Part shown: piece after piece, positions 55,437 to 64,000 of the stretch | Layout: the number at the start of each line of letters is the position of its first letter | How positions within the stretch are numbered: position 1 is the stretch's first letter | Source of the DNA: an uncultured Chloroflexia bacterium | Lineage (GTDB): Bacteria > Chloroflexota > Limnocylindria > Limnocylindrales > CSP1-4 | Assembly (NCBI GenBank): GCA_963755115.1 | Contig: CAVWIK010000003.1 | Span: 740,032 to 804,031, forward strand | DNA length: 64,000 nt | Direction of reading: 5' to 3' | Position numbers and translations under genes: made by a program | The notes under the pieces: generated by a model | Told to the model about the DNA's origin: nothing | The model's database searches: none | The model's input: the letters and a program-made list of their open reading frames with translations, nothing else

Positions 55437-57769
55437 GTCGAACGTCGCCGCCGGCACCGCCTCCGCCATCGACGCACCGGCCGCCGGCGACCGCGTCGAA
55501 GTCGTGCTGCCGGTCGAGGGCATGACGTGCGCCTCCTGCGTGAACCGCATCGAGCGGTTCCTGCGCGGCACGGCCGGCGTGGAGGGCGCCACCGTCAACC
55601 TCGCGACCGAGACCGCGACGATCGTGTACCTCCCCGACATCGCGACCCGCGCGGACCTCGAGCATGCGGTGGAGGCCGCCGGGTACGAAGTCCGGGCACC
55701 CCGACCGCGCACGACGCCCGGAGCGGCCGCGCCCTCGACGATCCTCGCCGAGCGGACCGCCGACGACGTGGCCAGGGCCGGCGAGGCCCGGAGGACCCTG
55801 CTCCAGGCGGTCGTCTCGATCGGGGTCGCGTTCGGGATCATGCTGCTGATGGCCCTCCCGGCCGAGGCGCTCGGGATGGAGGCGCGGAACCTCATCGCCT
55901 TCGTGCCCGCGACGGTCGTCCAGGTGTGGGCCGGCCGGCGGTTCTACCGATCCGCGTGGCGGACCGCCCGCCACGGGACGAGCAACATGGACACGCTCGT
56001 CGCGATCGGCACGAGCGCGGCCTGGGCCTACAGCGTGGTCGTCACGTTCGTGCCGTCGGTCATGGAGGACGCGGGGCTCGAGCCGCAGACCTACTTCGAC
56101 AGCGCCGCGATCATCATCGGGCTCGTCCTGCTCGGCCGGTATCTCGAGGCCCGGGCCAAGGGCCGGACGGTCGGCGCGATCCGACGGCTCGCCGCGATGG
56201 CCCCCACGTCGGCCCTGCGCGTCGAAGGGGACCGCGACGTGGACGTGCCGCTCGACGCGGTCGCCGTCGGCGACCTGCTGCGGGTCCGACCCGGCGACAA
56301 GGTCCCGGTCGATGGGGTCATCGTGGACGGCGGCTCGGCCGTGGACGAGGCGTTGCTGACCGGCGAGCCCATCCCGGTCGCGAAGGGTCCCGGTGACGAG
56401 GTCATCGGCGCGACGCTCAACACCACCGGCACGTTCGTCATGCGCGCCACGCACGTCGGCCTCGACACGGCCCTCGCCCGGATCGTCGAGCTCGTCGAAC
56501 GCGCGCAGGGCTCGAAGGCCCCCATCGCCCGCCTCGCCGACCGCATCGCCGAGGTGTTCGTGCCGCTCGTCCTCGCGCTCGCGGCCGCGACCTTCGTCAT
56601 CTGGATGCTCGTCGGCCCTGAGCCGCGGCTGACCCACGCCCTCGTGGCCGCGATCACCGTGCTGGTCATCGCCTGCCCCTGCGCCATGGGCCTCGCGACC
56701 CCAACGGCCATCATGGTCGGGACCGGACGCGGCGCCGAGGCCGGCATCCTCATCCGGGGCGGCGAGGCGCTCGAGACCGCCCACAAGGTGTCGGCCGTCG
56801 TCCTCGACAAGACCGGGACGCTGACCCTGGGCCGTCCGGTCGTCGCCGACGTCCTCGCCGCGCCCGACTCGTCGGTCGCGACGGTGCTGGACGTCGCGGC
56901 GTCGGCCGAGGCCGGCAGCGAGCACCCGCTCGCGGCCGCGATCGTCGCGCGAGCGAGGCTCGATGAGCTGGGGTTCCTGCCGAGCGCCGGGTTCGTCGCG
57001 GACGCCGGGGGTGGCGTCGAGGCGACGGTCACCGGCGCCGACGGCCCGCAGGTCGTGCTGGTCGGCAGCGCCCGTTGGCTGACCGACGCCGGGGTCGACC
57101 TCGGTGGGCTCGGCGCGGCAGCCGACGACGCGGCCGCGGCCGCCCGGACCGCCGCCTTCGTCGCGGTCGACGGTCGCGCGATCGGCCTCATCGCCATCAC
57201 CGATCCGATCAAGGACGGGGCGGCGAGCGCCGTCGCTGCGCTCGAGCGTGCCGGGGTCGCGACCTGGCTGGCGACCGGGGACGGGCCCGCCACCGCGTCG
57301 GCCGTGGCCGGGGCCGTCGGCGTCCGCGCCGACCGCATCCTCGCCGACGCCCGACCGGCCGAGAAGGCGGAGCTGGTCGAGCGGCTGCGGGCCGACGGTC
57401 ACACCGTCGGCGATGGTCGGCGACGGCATCAACGACGCGCCGGCCCTCGCGGCCGCGGACCTCGGGGTCGCGATCGGGACCGGCGCGGACGTCGCGATCG
57501 AGGCGTCCGATGTCACGATCGTCGGGGGTGACCCGCGCGCCATCTCGACCGCCATCGCCCTGTCCCGTGCCACGATGACGGTCATCCGCCAGAACCTGTT
57601 CTGGGCCTTCGCCTACAACGTCCTGCTGATCCCGGTCGCGATGGGCGTGCTGTACCCGGCGTTCGGCATCACGCTGAGCCCCGCGCTCGCCGCCGGGGCG
57701 ATGGCGCTGTCGTCGGTGGCGGTGGTGCTCAACTCGCTGCGGCTCCGTTCCTTCCGGCTTGCCGCGTAG
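55435..57769 (+). CDS. copA: Copper-translocating P1B-type ATPase; frame broken near nt 57408
   Basis: GMTCASCV metal-binding domain, CPC, DKTGTLT. ..RADGHTV, then in another frame [19 protein letters not shown].. to the TAG at 57767..57769. Confidence 0.9.
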
Positions 57770-57772
57770 ACT
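57767..57772 (+). promoter_or_regulatory. -10 hexamer TAGACT (overlapping the copA stop) 6 nt before a GTG start (leaderless predicted)
   Basis: TAGACT-cgcgcg-GTG at 57767..57781. Confidence 0.35.
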
Positions 57773-57778
57773 CGCGCG

Positions 57779-58285
57779 GTGACGAACGCCTCGCCGCACG
57801 ACGCCGGCCCGGACCCGCGCGACCTGACCGGCCCGTTCCGGCACGTCGTCGATGTCGCCGTCCGGTTCGCCGACACCGACGCCATGGGCCACGTCAACAA
57901 TGCCGTGTACCTGACCTACTGCGAGATCGCCCGGATCCGCTACTGGACGGACGTGACCGGGGAGCCGATCTCGCTCGGGACCGCGGGCGCGGAGAGCCTC
58001 ATCCTGGCCGAGGCGCGGATCACCTACCGGCACCCGGCGTTCCCAGGCGAGACCGTGACGGTCGAGACGCGCGCGGTCCGGATCGGTCGCTCGTCGTTCA
58101 CCCTCGAGCACCGGCTGCTGGCCGCGCTCCCCGGTGACGATCGACGCCTGGTCGCGGTGAGCGAGTCGGTCCTGGTCCGCTACGACTACGCCGCCGGCGG
58201 GGCCGTCCCGTTGTCCCCGGCGCACGTGGCCGAGATCGAGGCGTTCGAGGGTCGCGAACTGCAGAGGTCGCCCGTCAGCGGATAG
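57779..58285 (+). CDS. 4HBT/YbgC-like acyl-CoA thioesterase
   Basis: ..VRFADTDAMGHVNNAVYLTYCEIARIRYW. Confidence 0.8.
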   Translation: MTNASPHDAGPDPRDLTGPFRHVVDVAVRFADTDAMGHVNNAVYLTYCEIARIRYWTDVTGEPISLGTAGAESLILAEARITYRHPAFPGETVTVETRAVRIGRSSFTLEHRLLAALPGDDRRLVAVSESVLVRYDYAAGGAVPLSPAHVAEIEAFEGRELQRSPVSG

Positions 58286-58413
58286 GTCGTCCGCCGGATG
58301 CACCCTTGCGTCGGAGGACTACGCTGCCAGGCGATGGCGGAGCTGATCGAGCTCGTCCCAGCGTCCCCTGCATCCGAGACCCCGGACGACCTCGACCTCG
58401 TTCCGGTCCGGAT

Positions 58414-59340
58414 GTGACCTTCTCGATCGTCGCGGTCGACCGCTCGAACGGCGATATCGGCATCGCCGTCGCCTCGAAGTTCCTCGCCGTCGGCTCGGTC
58501 GTGCCGTGGGCGCGGGCGGGCGTGGGCGCGGTCGCGACGCAGGCGTGGGCGAACGTCGGGTACGGCCCCCGCGGCCTGGACCTGCTCGCCGCGGGCGTCG
58601 AGCCCGCCGACGCCCTCGACCGCCTGACCCGCGACGACCCGGGCCGCCTCGAGCGCCAGGCCGGCATCGTCGACATCCACGGCCGCGCGGCCACCTACAC
58701 CGGTGACGGCTGCATCCCGTGGGCCGGCGGGCGGATCGCCGAGGGCGTGGCCGCGCAGGGCAACCTCCTCACCGGTCCGGAGGTCGTCGACGCCATGCTC
58801 GGCGCGTTCGGGTCGACCGCGGGCTCGCTGCCCGACCGCCTCCTGGCCGCCCTCGTGGCGGGTGACGGGGCCGGCGGCGATCGTCGTGGTCGCCAGTCGT
58901 CGGCCGTGCTGGTCGTCCGCGAGGCCGGCGGGTACGGCGGCGGCAACGACCGCTGGCTGGACCTGCGCGTCGACGACCACCCCGACCCGGTCCCGGAGCT
59001 GCTCCGTCTGCGGGCGATCGGGCGCCTGCTCAACGAGCGTCCGGCCACGTCCGACCTCATCCCGATCGATGCCGCGCTCTCCGCCGAGCTCCGGTCGCGA
59101 CTGGCATCGGCGGGCTGGTCGCCGACCCGTGACGACGCGTTCGCCTCGGTCATCCGGGCCGCGACGGCCGAGGCGCATCGCGCCGGGGAGCCGCGCGAGG
59201 CGCCGCCGGATTGGACGACGGCGTGGGACGCGGAGCTCCTCGCCTGGATGGGCGTGGCCAACCTCGAGGAGCGGGCCGCGGCCCTCGGCTGGATCGACCC
59301 GGCTGTCCTCGCGGAGCTGCGAGCCGGCACGGACGCCTGA
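58414..59340 (+). CDS. DUF1028 (Ntn-hydrolase-like) protein with a C-terminal helical domain
   Basis: (V)TFSIVAVDRSNGDIGIAVASKFLAVGSVVPWARAGVGAVATQA... GTG start at 58414. Confidence 0.75.
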   Translation: MTFSIVAVDRSNGDIGIAVASKFLAVGSVVPWARAGVGAVATQAWANVGYGPRGLDLLAAGVEPADALDRLTRDDPGRLERQAGIVDIHGRAATYTGDGCIPWAGGRIAEGVAAQGNLLTGPEVVDAMLGAFGSTAGSLPDRLLAALVAGDGAGGDRRGRQSSAVLVVREAGGYGGGNDRWLDLRVDDHPDPVPELLRLRAIGRLLNERPATSDLIPIDAALSAELRSRLASAGWSPTRDDAFASVIRAATAEAHRAGEPREAPPDWTTAWDAELLAWMGVANLEERAAALGWIDPAVLAELRAGTDA

Positions 59341-59437
59341 GCGGCGGGCCCATTCGTCAGGGTTACGCAACCCGCCGACGGCGCCGATGATCTCGTCACC
59401 GGGTCCGCGCCTGCGGTCCCCCTGAGCGAGGACGTCC

Positions 59438-60253
59438 GTGACGCTGGCAGCGAGGTCGATGGCACGAGCGCGGCGGGTCGGTCCGCGCCGTCTCCTCATC
59501 CTCGCGCTCGTCGGCCTCATCCTCGCGCTCGTCGTCGCCTGGATCGCAAGCATCGTCATGGAGCCACGGCGGACGACGACCGTGTACGACCCGCCGGTGC
59601 TGGCCGGCCAGCAGCTGTGGGGCTACTGCGCGGGCGGGTTCTACGCCCGCCACGGGGACACGATCGTGCTCACGTCCACGGGTCACTGCACCACCGAGGG
59701 CACCGTGGCCAACGACCCGGACGGCATCGGCGTCCGCGGCGTCTTCGGCCCGCGCGCCCGGGACGCCACCTGCCCGTATTCCGGCCACAAGTGCGCGGCC
59801 TCGGACCTGAACTACCTGGTCGTCGCCGAGGACCGCATCCCGTGGGGGCACCTCAACGTCGTGGACCTGGGCACGGCGGGGTACCGGGTCATCCCGCCCG
59901 GCACGCGGCCGCTCGGCTGCGCCGACACCGCGATCGGCGACCCGGTCGAGATCGACGGCCGCAACATCTACCGGAGCGGCACCGTGCTCGAGAAGGGCGC
60001 CTACCTGCATGCCGAGGACGGCGACTACTTCCCGTGCATGATCGCCGCGAGCATCCAGGTGACCTCGGGCGACTCCGGCGGCGCGGTCCTGGTGCGAGGC
60101 ATCCCGGCGGGGGTCACGAGCCGCAGCTTCGGCGGACCGCTCGGCTTCACGCCGCTGGCCGAAGGCATGGCCGAGCTCGGGCTCGAGCTGTGCACCACCC
60201 CGGACTGCGATCTCGTACGGCCGGCGACCGGCGTGACGGGATCCGACGACTGA
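59438..60253 (+). CDS. Membrane-anchored S1 (chymotrypsin/streptogrisin-like) serine protease
   Basis: TM helix LLILALVGLILALVVAWIASIV. Catalytic His in TSTGHC, Ser in TSGDSGGAV. SD GAGGA 5 nt before the GTG. Confidence 0.75.
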   Translation: MTLAARSMARARRVGPRRLLILALVGLILALVVAWIASIVMEPRRTTTVYDPPVLAGQQLWGYCAGGFYARHGDTIVLTSTGHCTTEGTVANDPDGIGVRGVFGPRARDATCPYSGHKCAASDLNYLVVAEDRIPWGHLNVVDLGTAGYRVIPPGTRPLGCADTAIGDPVEIDGRNIYRSGTVLEKGAYLHAEDGDYFPCMIAASIQVTSGDSGGAVLVRGIPAGVTSRSFGGPLGFTPLAEGMAELGLELCTTPDCDLVRPATGVTGSDD

Positions 60254-60281
60254 TCGAAGACCCGCGTGTTCGCCGGGGGAC

Positions 60282-61548
60282 CTAGTCGACGAGCCGGCGG
60301 AAGATCGCGACCGCGTTCTGGCCACCGAACCCGAAGCCGTTGACCGCGACCGTGTCGATCTCGCTGCTTCCGCGCGGTGAGCGGGACGTAGTCGAGGTCG
60401 CACTCCGGGTCGGGCGTGTGCAGGTTGGCGGTCGGCGGGATGACCTGGTCGCGGATGGCCCCGACCGCCGCCAGTACGCTGGCGATCCCGGCGGCGCCGA
60501 CGAGGTGGCCGATCATCGACTTCGGCGAGCTGATCGCGACCTTGTAGGCGTGCGCCCCGTACGCGGTCTTGATGGCCCGCGTCTCGGTGACGTCGTTGAG
60601 CGACGTCGAGGTGCCGTGGGCGACGATGTAGTCGATCTCGTCGGGCGCCAGCTCCGCGCTCCGGAGCGCCTGGGTCATCGCTCGGGCCTGGCCGCGGCCG
60701 GTCGGCTCGGGGGCGCTGATGTGGAACGCGTCCGCGGTCAGGGCGCCGCCGATGACCTCGGCGATCGGGGTCGCGCCGCGCTCGCGGGCGTGCGCGAGCG
60801 ACTCGACGACGACGACCCCGCCGCCCTCGCCCAGGACGAAGCCGTCGCGCGTGGCGTCGAACGGGCGCGAGGCCGTCTCGGGCGAGTCGTTGCGCTTGGA
60901 CAGGGCGCCCATGTTCGAGAGCGCCGCGACGCCCATCGGCCAGACCGGCGCCTCGGCGCCGCCCGTGAGCACGACGTCGCACTCGCCGGAGCGGATCAGC
61001 CGCAGCGCGTCGTGGAAAGCGATCACGGACGTGGCGCACGCGGCGACCTGGGTCATGACCGGGCCCGTGAGCCCGTACTCCATCGACAGCAGCGCCGCGC
61101 CCATCGAGCCCGACAGGGCCGGGATGGCGAACGGCGACACGAAGCGCGGGCCCTTCTGGTCGTGGACGTGGGTGCCGTCGATGATCTGCTCGATCCCGCC
61201 GCCGCCGGTGTTGACCACGACGCCGACGCGGTCGCGCTGCTCCTGCGACATCGCCGCGAAGTCGATGCCCGAGTCGCGCACCGCCTCCTTGCCGGCGGCC
61301 ATCGCGAAGTGGATGAATCGGCTCATCCGGCGGGCCATCTTCGGGTCCATGGCCGTGGTCGGGTCGAAGTCGAGGACCTCGGCCGCGATCTGGACCTCGA
61401 ACGCCGACGGGTCGAAGCTCTGGATCCGGCGCGTCCCGGTCACGCCGGCGACGAGGTTCGACCAGTAGGTCGGGAAGTCGTTGCCGATCGGCATGACGGC
61501 GCCGAGGCCGGTCACGACGGCGCGGCGGGCAGGATCGAGTTCAGGCAC
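60282..61548 (-). CDS. fabF: Beta-ketoacyl-ACP synthase II; frame broken near nt 60360
   Basis: Active-site Cys in AACATS, His in AHGTST and GHLVGAAG. The end is recovered as ..EIDTVAVNGFGFGGQNAVAIFRRLVD*. GTG start with GGAGG upstream. Confidence 0.88.
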
Positions 61549-61612
61549 GGAGGTGCCTCCGGGGCTGTGGGCCGCCCGATTGTAGTCGGCGCCTAGTGGC
61601 ACCCGGACGTCA

Positions 61613-62886
61613 TCAGTCACCCTCATAGCGCTTGAAGATGACGGCGCCGTTGTGGCCGCCGAGGCCGATGTTGTTCGAGAGCGCGTAGCGGATCGGCAGC
61701 GCCTGGGTCTCGGGAAGACCCACAGGTCGCACTCCGGATCGAAGTCGCGGTAGTTGAGCGTGCCGGGGCGCACTGCTCGGCGATCGACTTGACCGTCGCG
61801 AACGCCTCGAACGCGCCGGCGGCGCCCATCATGTGGCCGGTCATCGACTTCGTCGCGCTGATCGCGAGCGAGCGTTCCTTCGCGCCGAGCGCTCGCCGAA
61901 CACGGCCCAGATCGCCTCGGCCTCGCGCTTGTCGCCGAGCGGCGTCGAGGTGCCGTGCGGGTTGATCAGGTCGACCTCGTCGGCCGGCACGCCCCGCCGT
62001 TCGAGGGCCATCTTCATCGCCCGCGACGAGCCGACGCCGGCGTCGATCGGCTGGACCATGTCCCAGCCGTCGGCCGCCGAGCCGTAGCCGACGACCTCGG
62101 CGTAGATGTGCGCGCCGCGCGCCTTGGCGAGCTCGAGGTCCTCGAGGAAGAGCGACGCCGGCACCCTCACCGAGGACGAAGCCGTCGCGGGTCAGGTCGA
62201 ACGGCCGGGAGACGGTCTGCGGCGCCTCGCCGGGCCGCGGCATGCCCATGCCGCGCATGTTCGAGAACCCCGCGTGCCCGACCTCGAGGAGCGGCGCCTC
62301 GGTCGAGCCCGAGATGACCGCGATGCAGTCGCCACGCCGGATCGCCTCGGCCGCCTCGCCCACGTTGTGGGTCCCGGTCGCGCAGGCCGACACGATGCAG
62401 ACGTTGTGGCCGATCGCCCCGGTCTCGATGGCGATCATCCCCGACGTGCTGTCGACGAGCGCGTTCGCGATGAACGTCGGGGCGACCGTCCGCGGACCAC
62501 GGTCGTGGAGCGCGACGTAGTTGTCGATCATCATCGACTGCCCGCCGGCGCCCGACCCGAAGACGACCCCGACCTCGGTCCGGTTCTCGTCCGTGATCTC
62601 GAAGCCCGAGTCGGCGAGGGCCTGCTTGGCGGCCGCGACACCGAAATGCATGCTCGACTCGCTGCGGCGGACGGCCTTGGGGTCCATCCACTCGGTCGCG
62701 TTGAAGTCGCGGACCTCGCCGGCCAGCTTGGCCTCGTACGGGGTCGTGTCGAACCTGGTGATCTGGTCGAGGCCCGAGCGGCCCTGGACCAGGTTCGACC
62801 AGGCCGTCGGCGACGTCGTTGCCGACCGGGCTGATGACACCGAGGCCGGTGACGACGACGCGGCGGTTGTAGTCGGGTCTGCGCAA
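61613..62886 (-). pseudogene. Second beta-ketoacyl-ACP synthase (KAS I/II) with about five frame breaks
   Basis: Pieces lie in three frames: LRRPDYNRRVVVTGLGVISPVGNDV / TAWSNLVQGRSG..VSACATGTHN..GFVLGEGAGV / ALFLEDLELAKARGAHIYAEVVGYG..INPHGTSTPLGD / KSMTGHMMGAAG / VRPGTLNYRDFDPECDL / ETQALPIRYALSNNIGLGGHNGAVIFKRYEGD*. Confidence 0.8.
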
Positions 62887-62914
62887 GTCGATGGCTCCTT
62901 CTTTCGGTGCGGGT

Positions 62915-63884
62915 TCAGGCGGCGGTGGCGAGTTCGAGAAGGCGATCGACCGGACGCGGCGTCGTCGGCGGCGACCGCCTCGGCCTCGGGGGCGATGCGG
63001 CGGATGAGGCCGGTCAGCACCTTGCCGGGCCCGACCTCGATGAACGTCGGTGACGCCGGCGGCGGTCATGCGCTCGACGGCGCCGACCCAGTCGACGCCG
63101 GCGGTGAGGTGCTCGACGAGCTCCGCCCGGCGCGCCTCGGCGGTCGTGATCGGGCGCGCATCGGCGTTGGCGAGGAGCGGCGCGGTCGGGATCGCGGAAC
63201 GGGACGCCGGCGAGCGCGGCACGCATCCCCTCGGCCGCCTCGCGCCATCAGCGGCGAGTGGGCCGCGACCGAGACCGGCAGGACGATGGCCCGCTTGCGC
63301 GCCGAGGGCCTTCGCGATCTCGGCGGCGGCCTCGATCGCGGCGCGTTCGCCGCGAGACGACGACCTGGCCCGGGGCGTTCCGGTTGGCGACGACGAAGAC
63401 GCCGTGGGCCGAGGCCGCCGGCGACCAGCTCCGGCAGGCGGGCGTCGTCGAGGCCGATGAGCGCGGCCATCGCCCCGTCCCGGCCCGCGCCCGACGCCTG
63501 CATCAGGCGGCCGCGTTCGCGGACGAGGCGGACGCCGTCGGCGAGGCGAGATCGCGCCGGCCGCGACGAGCGCCGAGTACTGGCCCATCGAGTGGCCGGC
63601 GGCGAACGCCGGCTGCGGCGCCCGAGGCCGGCCGCGGCCCAGCGCTCGCGCAGCGCGAGCGAGGAACGCGATCGAGGTCGCGAGCAGCGCCGGCTGCGCG
63701 TTCTCGGTCAGGTCGAGCCGTCGGCCGGGCCGTCCCAGGCGAGCGCGCTCAGATCGGCTCGCCGAGCGCGGCATCGGCCGCGGCGAAGACCGCGGCGGCA
63801 GCCGGGGATGACGGCGGCGAGGACGCGGCCCATCCCGACCGACTGCGAGCCCTGGCCGGGGAAGACGAAGGCGAACGTCGACAT
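62915..63884 (-). pseudogene. fabD: Malonyl-CoA:ACP transacylase with about 13 frame breaks
   Basis: MSTFAFVFPGQGSQSVGMG.., ..LDLTENAQPALLATSIAFLA.., ..AAGHSMGQYSALVAAGAIS.., ..MQASGAGRDGAMAALIGLDDARL.., ..VANRNAPGQVVVS.., ..KRAIVLPVSVAAHSPLMA.., ..FIEVGPGKVLTGLIRRI.. are scattered over all three frames. Confidence 0.8.
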
Positions 63885-64000
63885 CGTGCGCAGAGGCGTA
63901 GTCGCCCACGACGCCCCGACCGCGCCGATTCGCGTGCACGCGTTGCATGGAAGTCGGTCGGACGCCGTACGCTTCCGGACGTGTCCGAGACGCGTCCCAC

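Noticed and set aside
57395-57420. The copA frame break as programmed ribosomal frameshifting.
   Set aside because: The known copA programmed frameshift (in E. coli) sits just after the first N-terminal metal-binding domain and yields a CopZ-like product. Here the shift is immediately before the essential GDGINDAP motif near the C-terminus, which would give only a dead enzyme.
60282-62886. The tandem KAS genes as a type II PKS KS-alpha / chain-length-factor pair.
   Set aside because: Both copies retain the active-site Cys and both His residues; a CLF would have lost the Cys. No cyclase, aromatase or ketoreductase genes are nearby.

Overview
Dense, high-GC (about 70% by eye, not computed) bacterial chromosomal segment with about 70 protein genes on both strands. 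Starts are ATG, GTG or TTG, stops are standard, and many genes are coupled by ATGA, GTGA or TGATG overlaps. The content fits an aerobic Actinomycetota- or Chloroflexota-like organism, but taxonomy cannot be fixed from the sequence alone. I found no rRNA, tRNA, CRISPR array, transposase, integrase or phage genes. Main blocks, in order:
- LCP enzyme and a giant repeat adhesin.
- CGNR regulator with an AT-rich divergent control region.
- Two tandem ECF sigma / beta-propeller membrane-protein modules, with a third at 37.5-38.9 kb.
- A minus-strand operon of aa3 oxidase (ctaC-ctaD-ctaE plus a small subunit), a CtaF-like cupredoxin protein, a TlpA-like oxidoreductase and an ABC-2 exporter, with ctaG divergent.
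- Threonine dehydratase, TraR/DksA, and a YHS-NfeD-SPFH operon.
- A PotABCD-like polyamine ABC importer.
- Cupredoxin lipoprotein, ferredoxin, a signal-less BtuF-like binder and a Zn-ribbon methyltransferase.
- proC, a tandem-DinB protein and an S9 peptidase.
- Homogentisate pathway genes (hppD, fahA, hmgA) interspersed with other genes.
- korAB with CBS proteins, an M24 peptidase, ogt, copA, a thioesterase, DUF1028 and an S1 protease.
- fabD followed by two tandem KAS genes.
Most interesting observations:
- The oxidase operon has type-1 cupredoxin domains fused to CoxB and to an accessory membrane subunit.
- A palindromic operator is shared by copA and the YHS-NfeD-SPFH operon.
- Three paralogous non-canonical ECF partner modules are present.
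- An in-frame TGA interrupts the CGNR zinc finger.
- A 21-bp tandem repeat carries CTAG stops for both convergent genes.
- Reading-frame breaks are widespread and become extreme over fabD and the adjacent KAS gene (61.6-63.9 kb).
All coordinates come from manual reading. Frameshift positions are approximate (about +/-15 nt). No database search was run.
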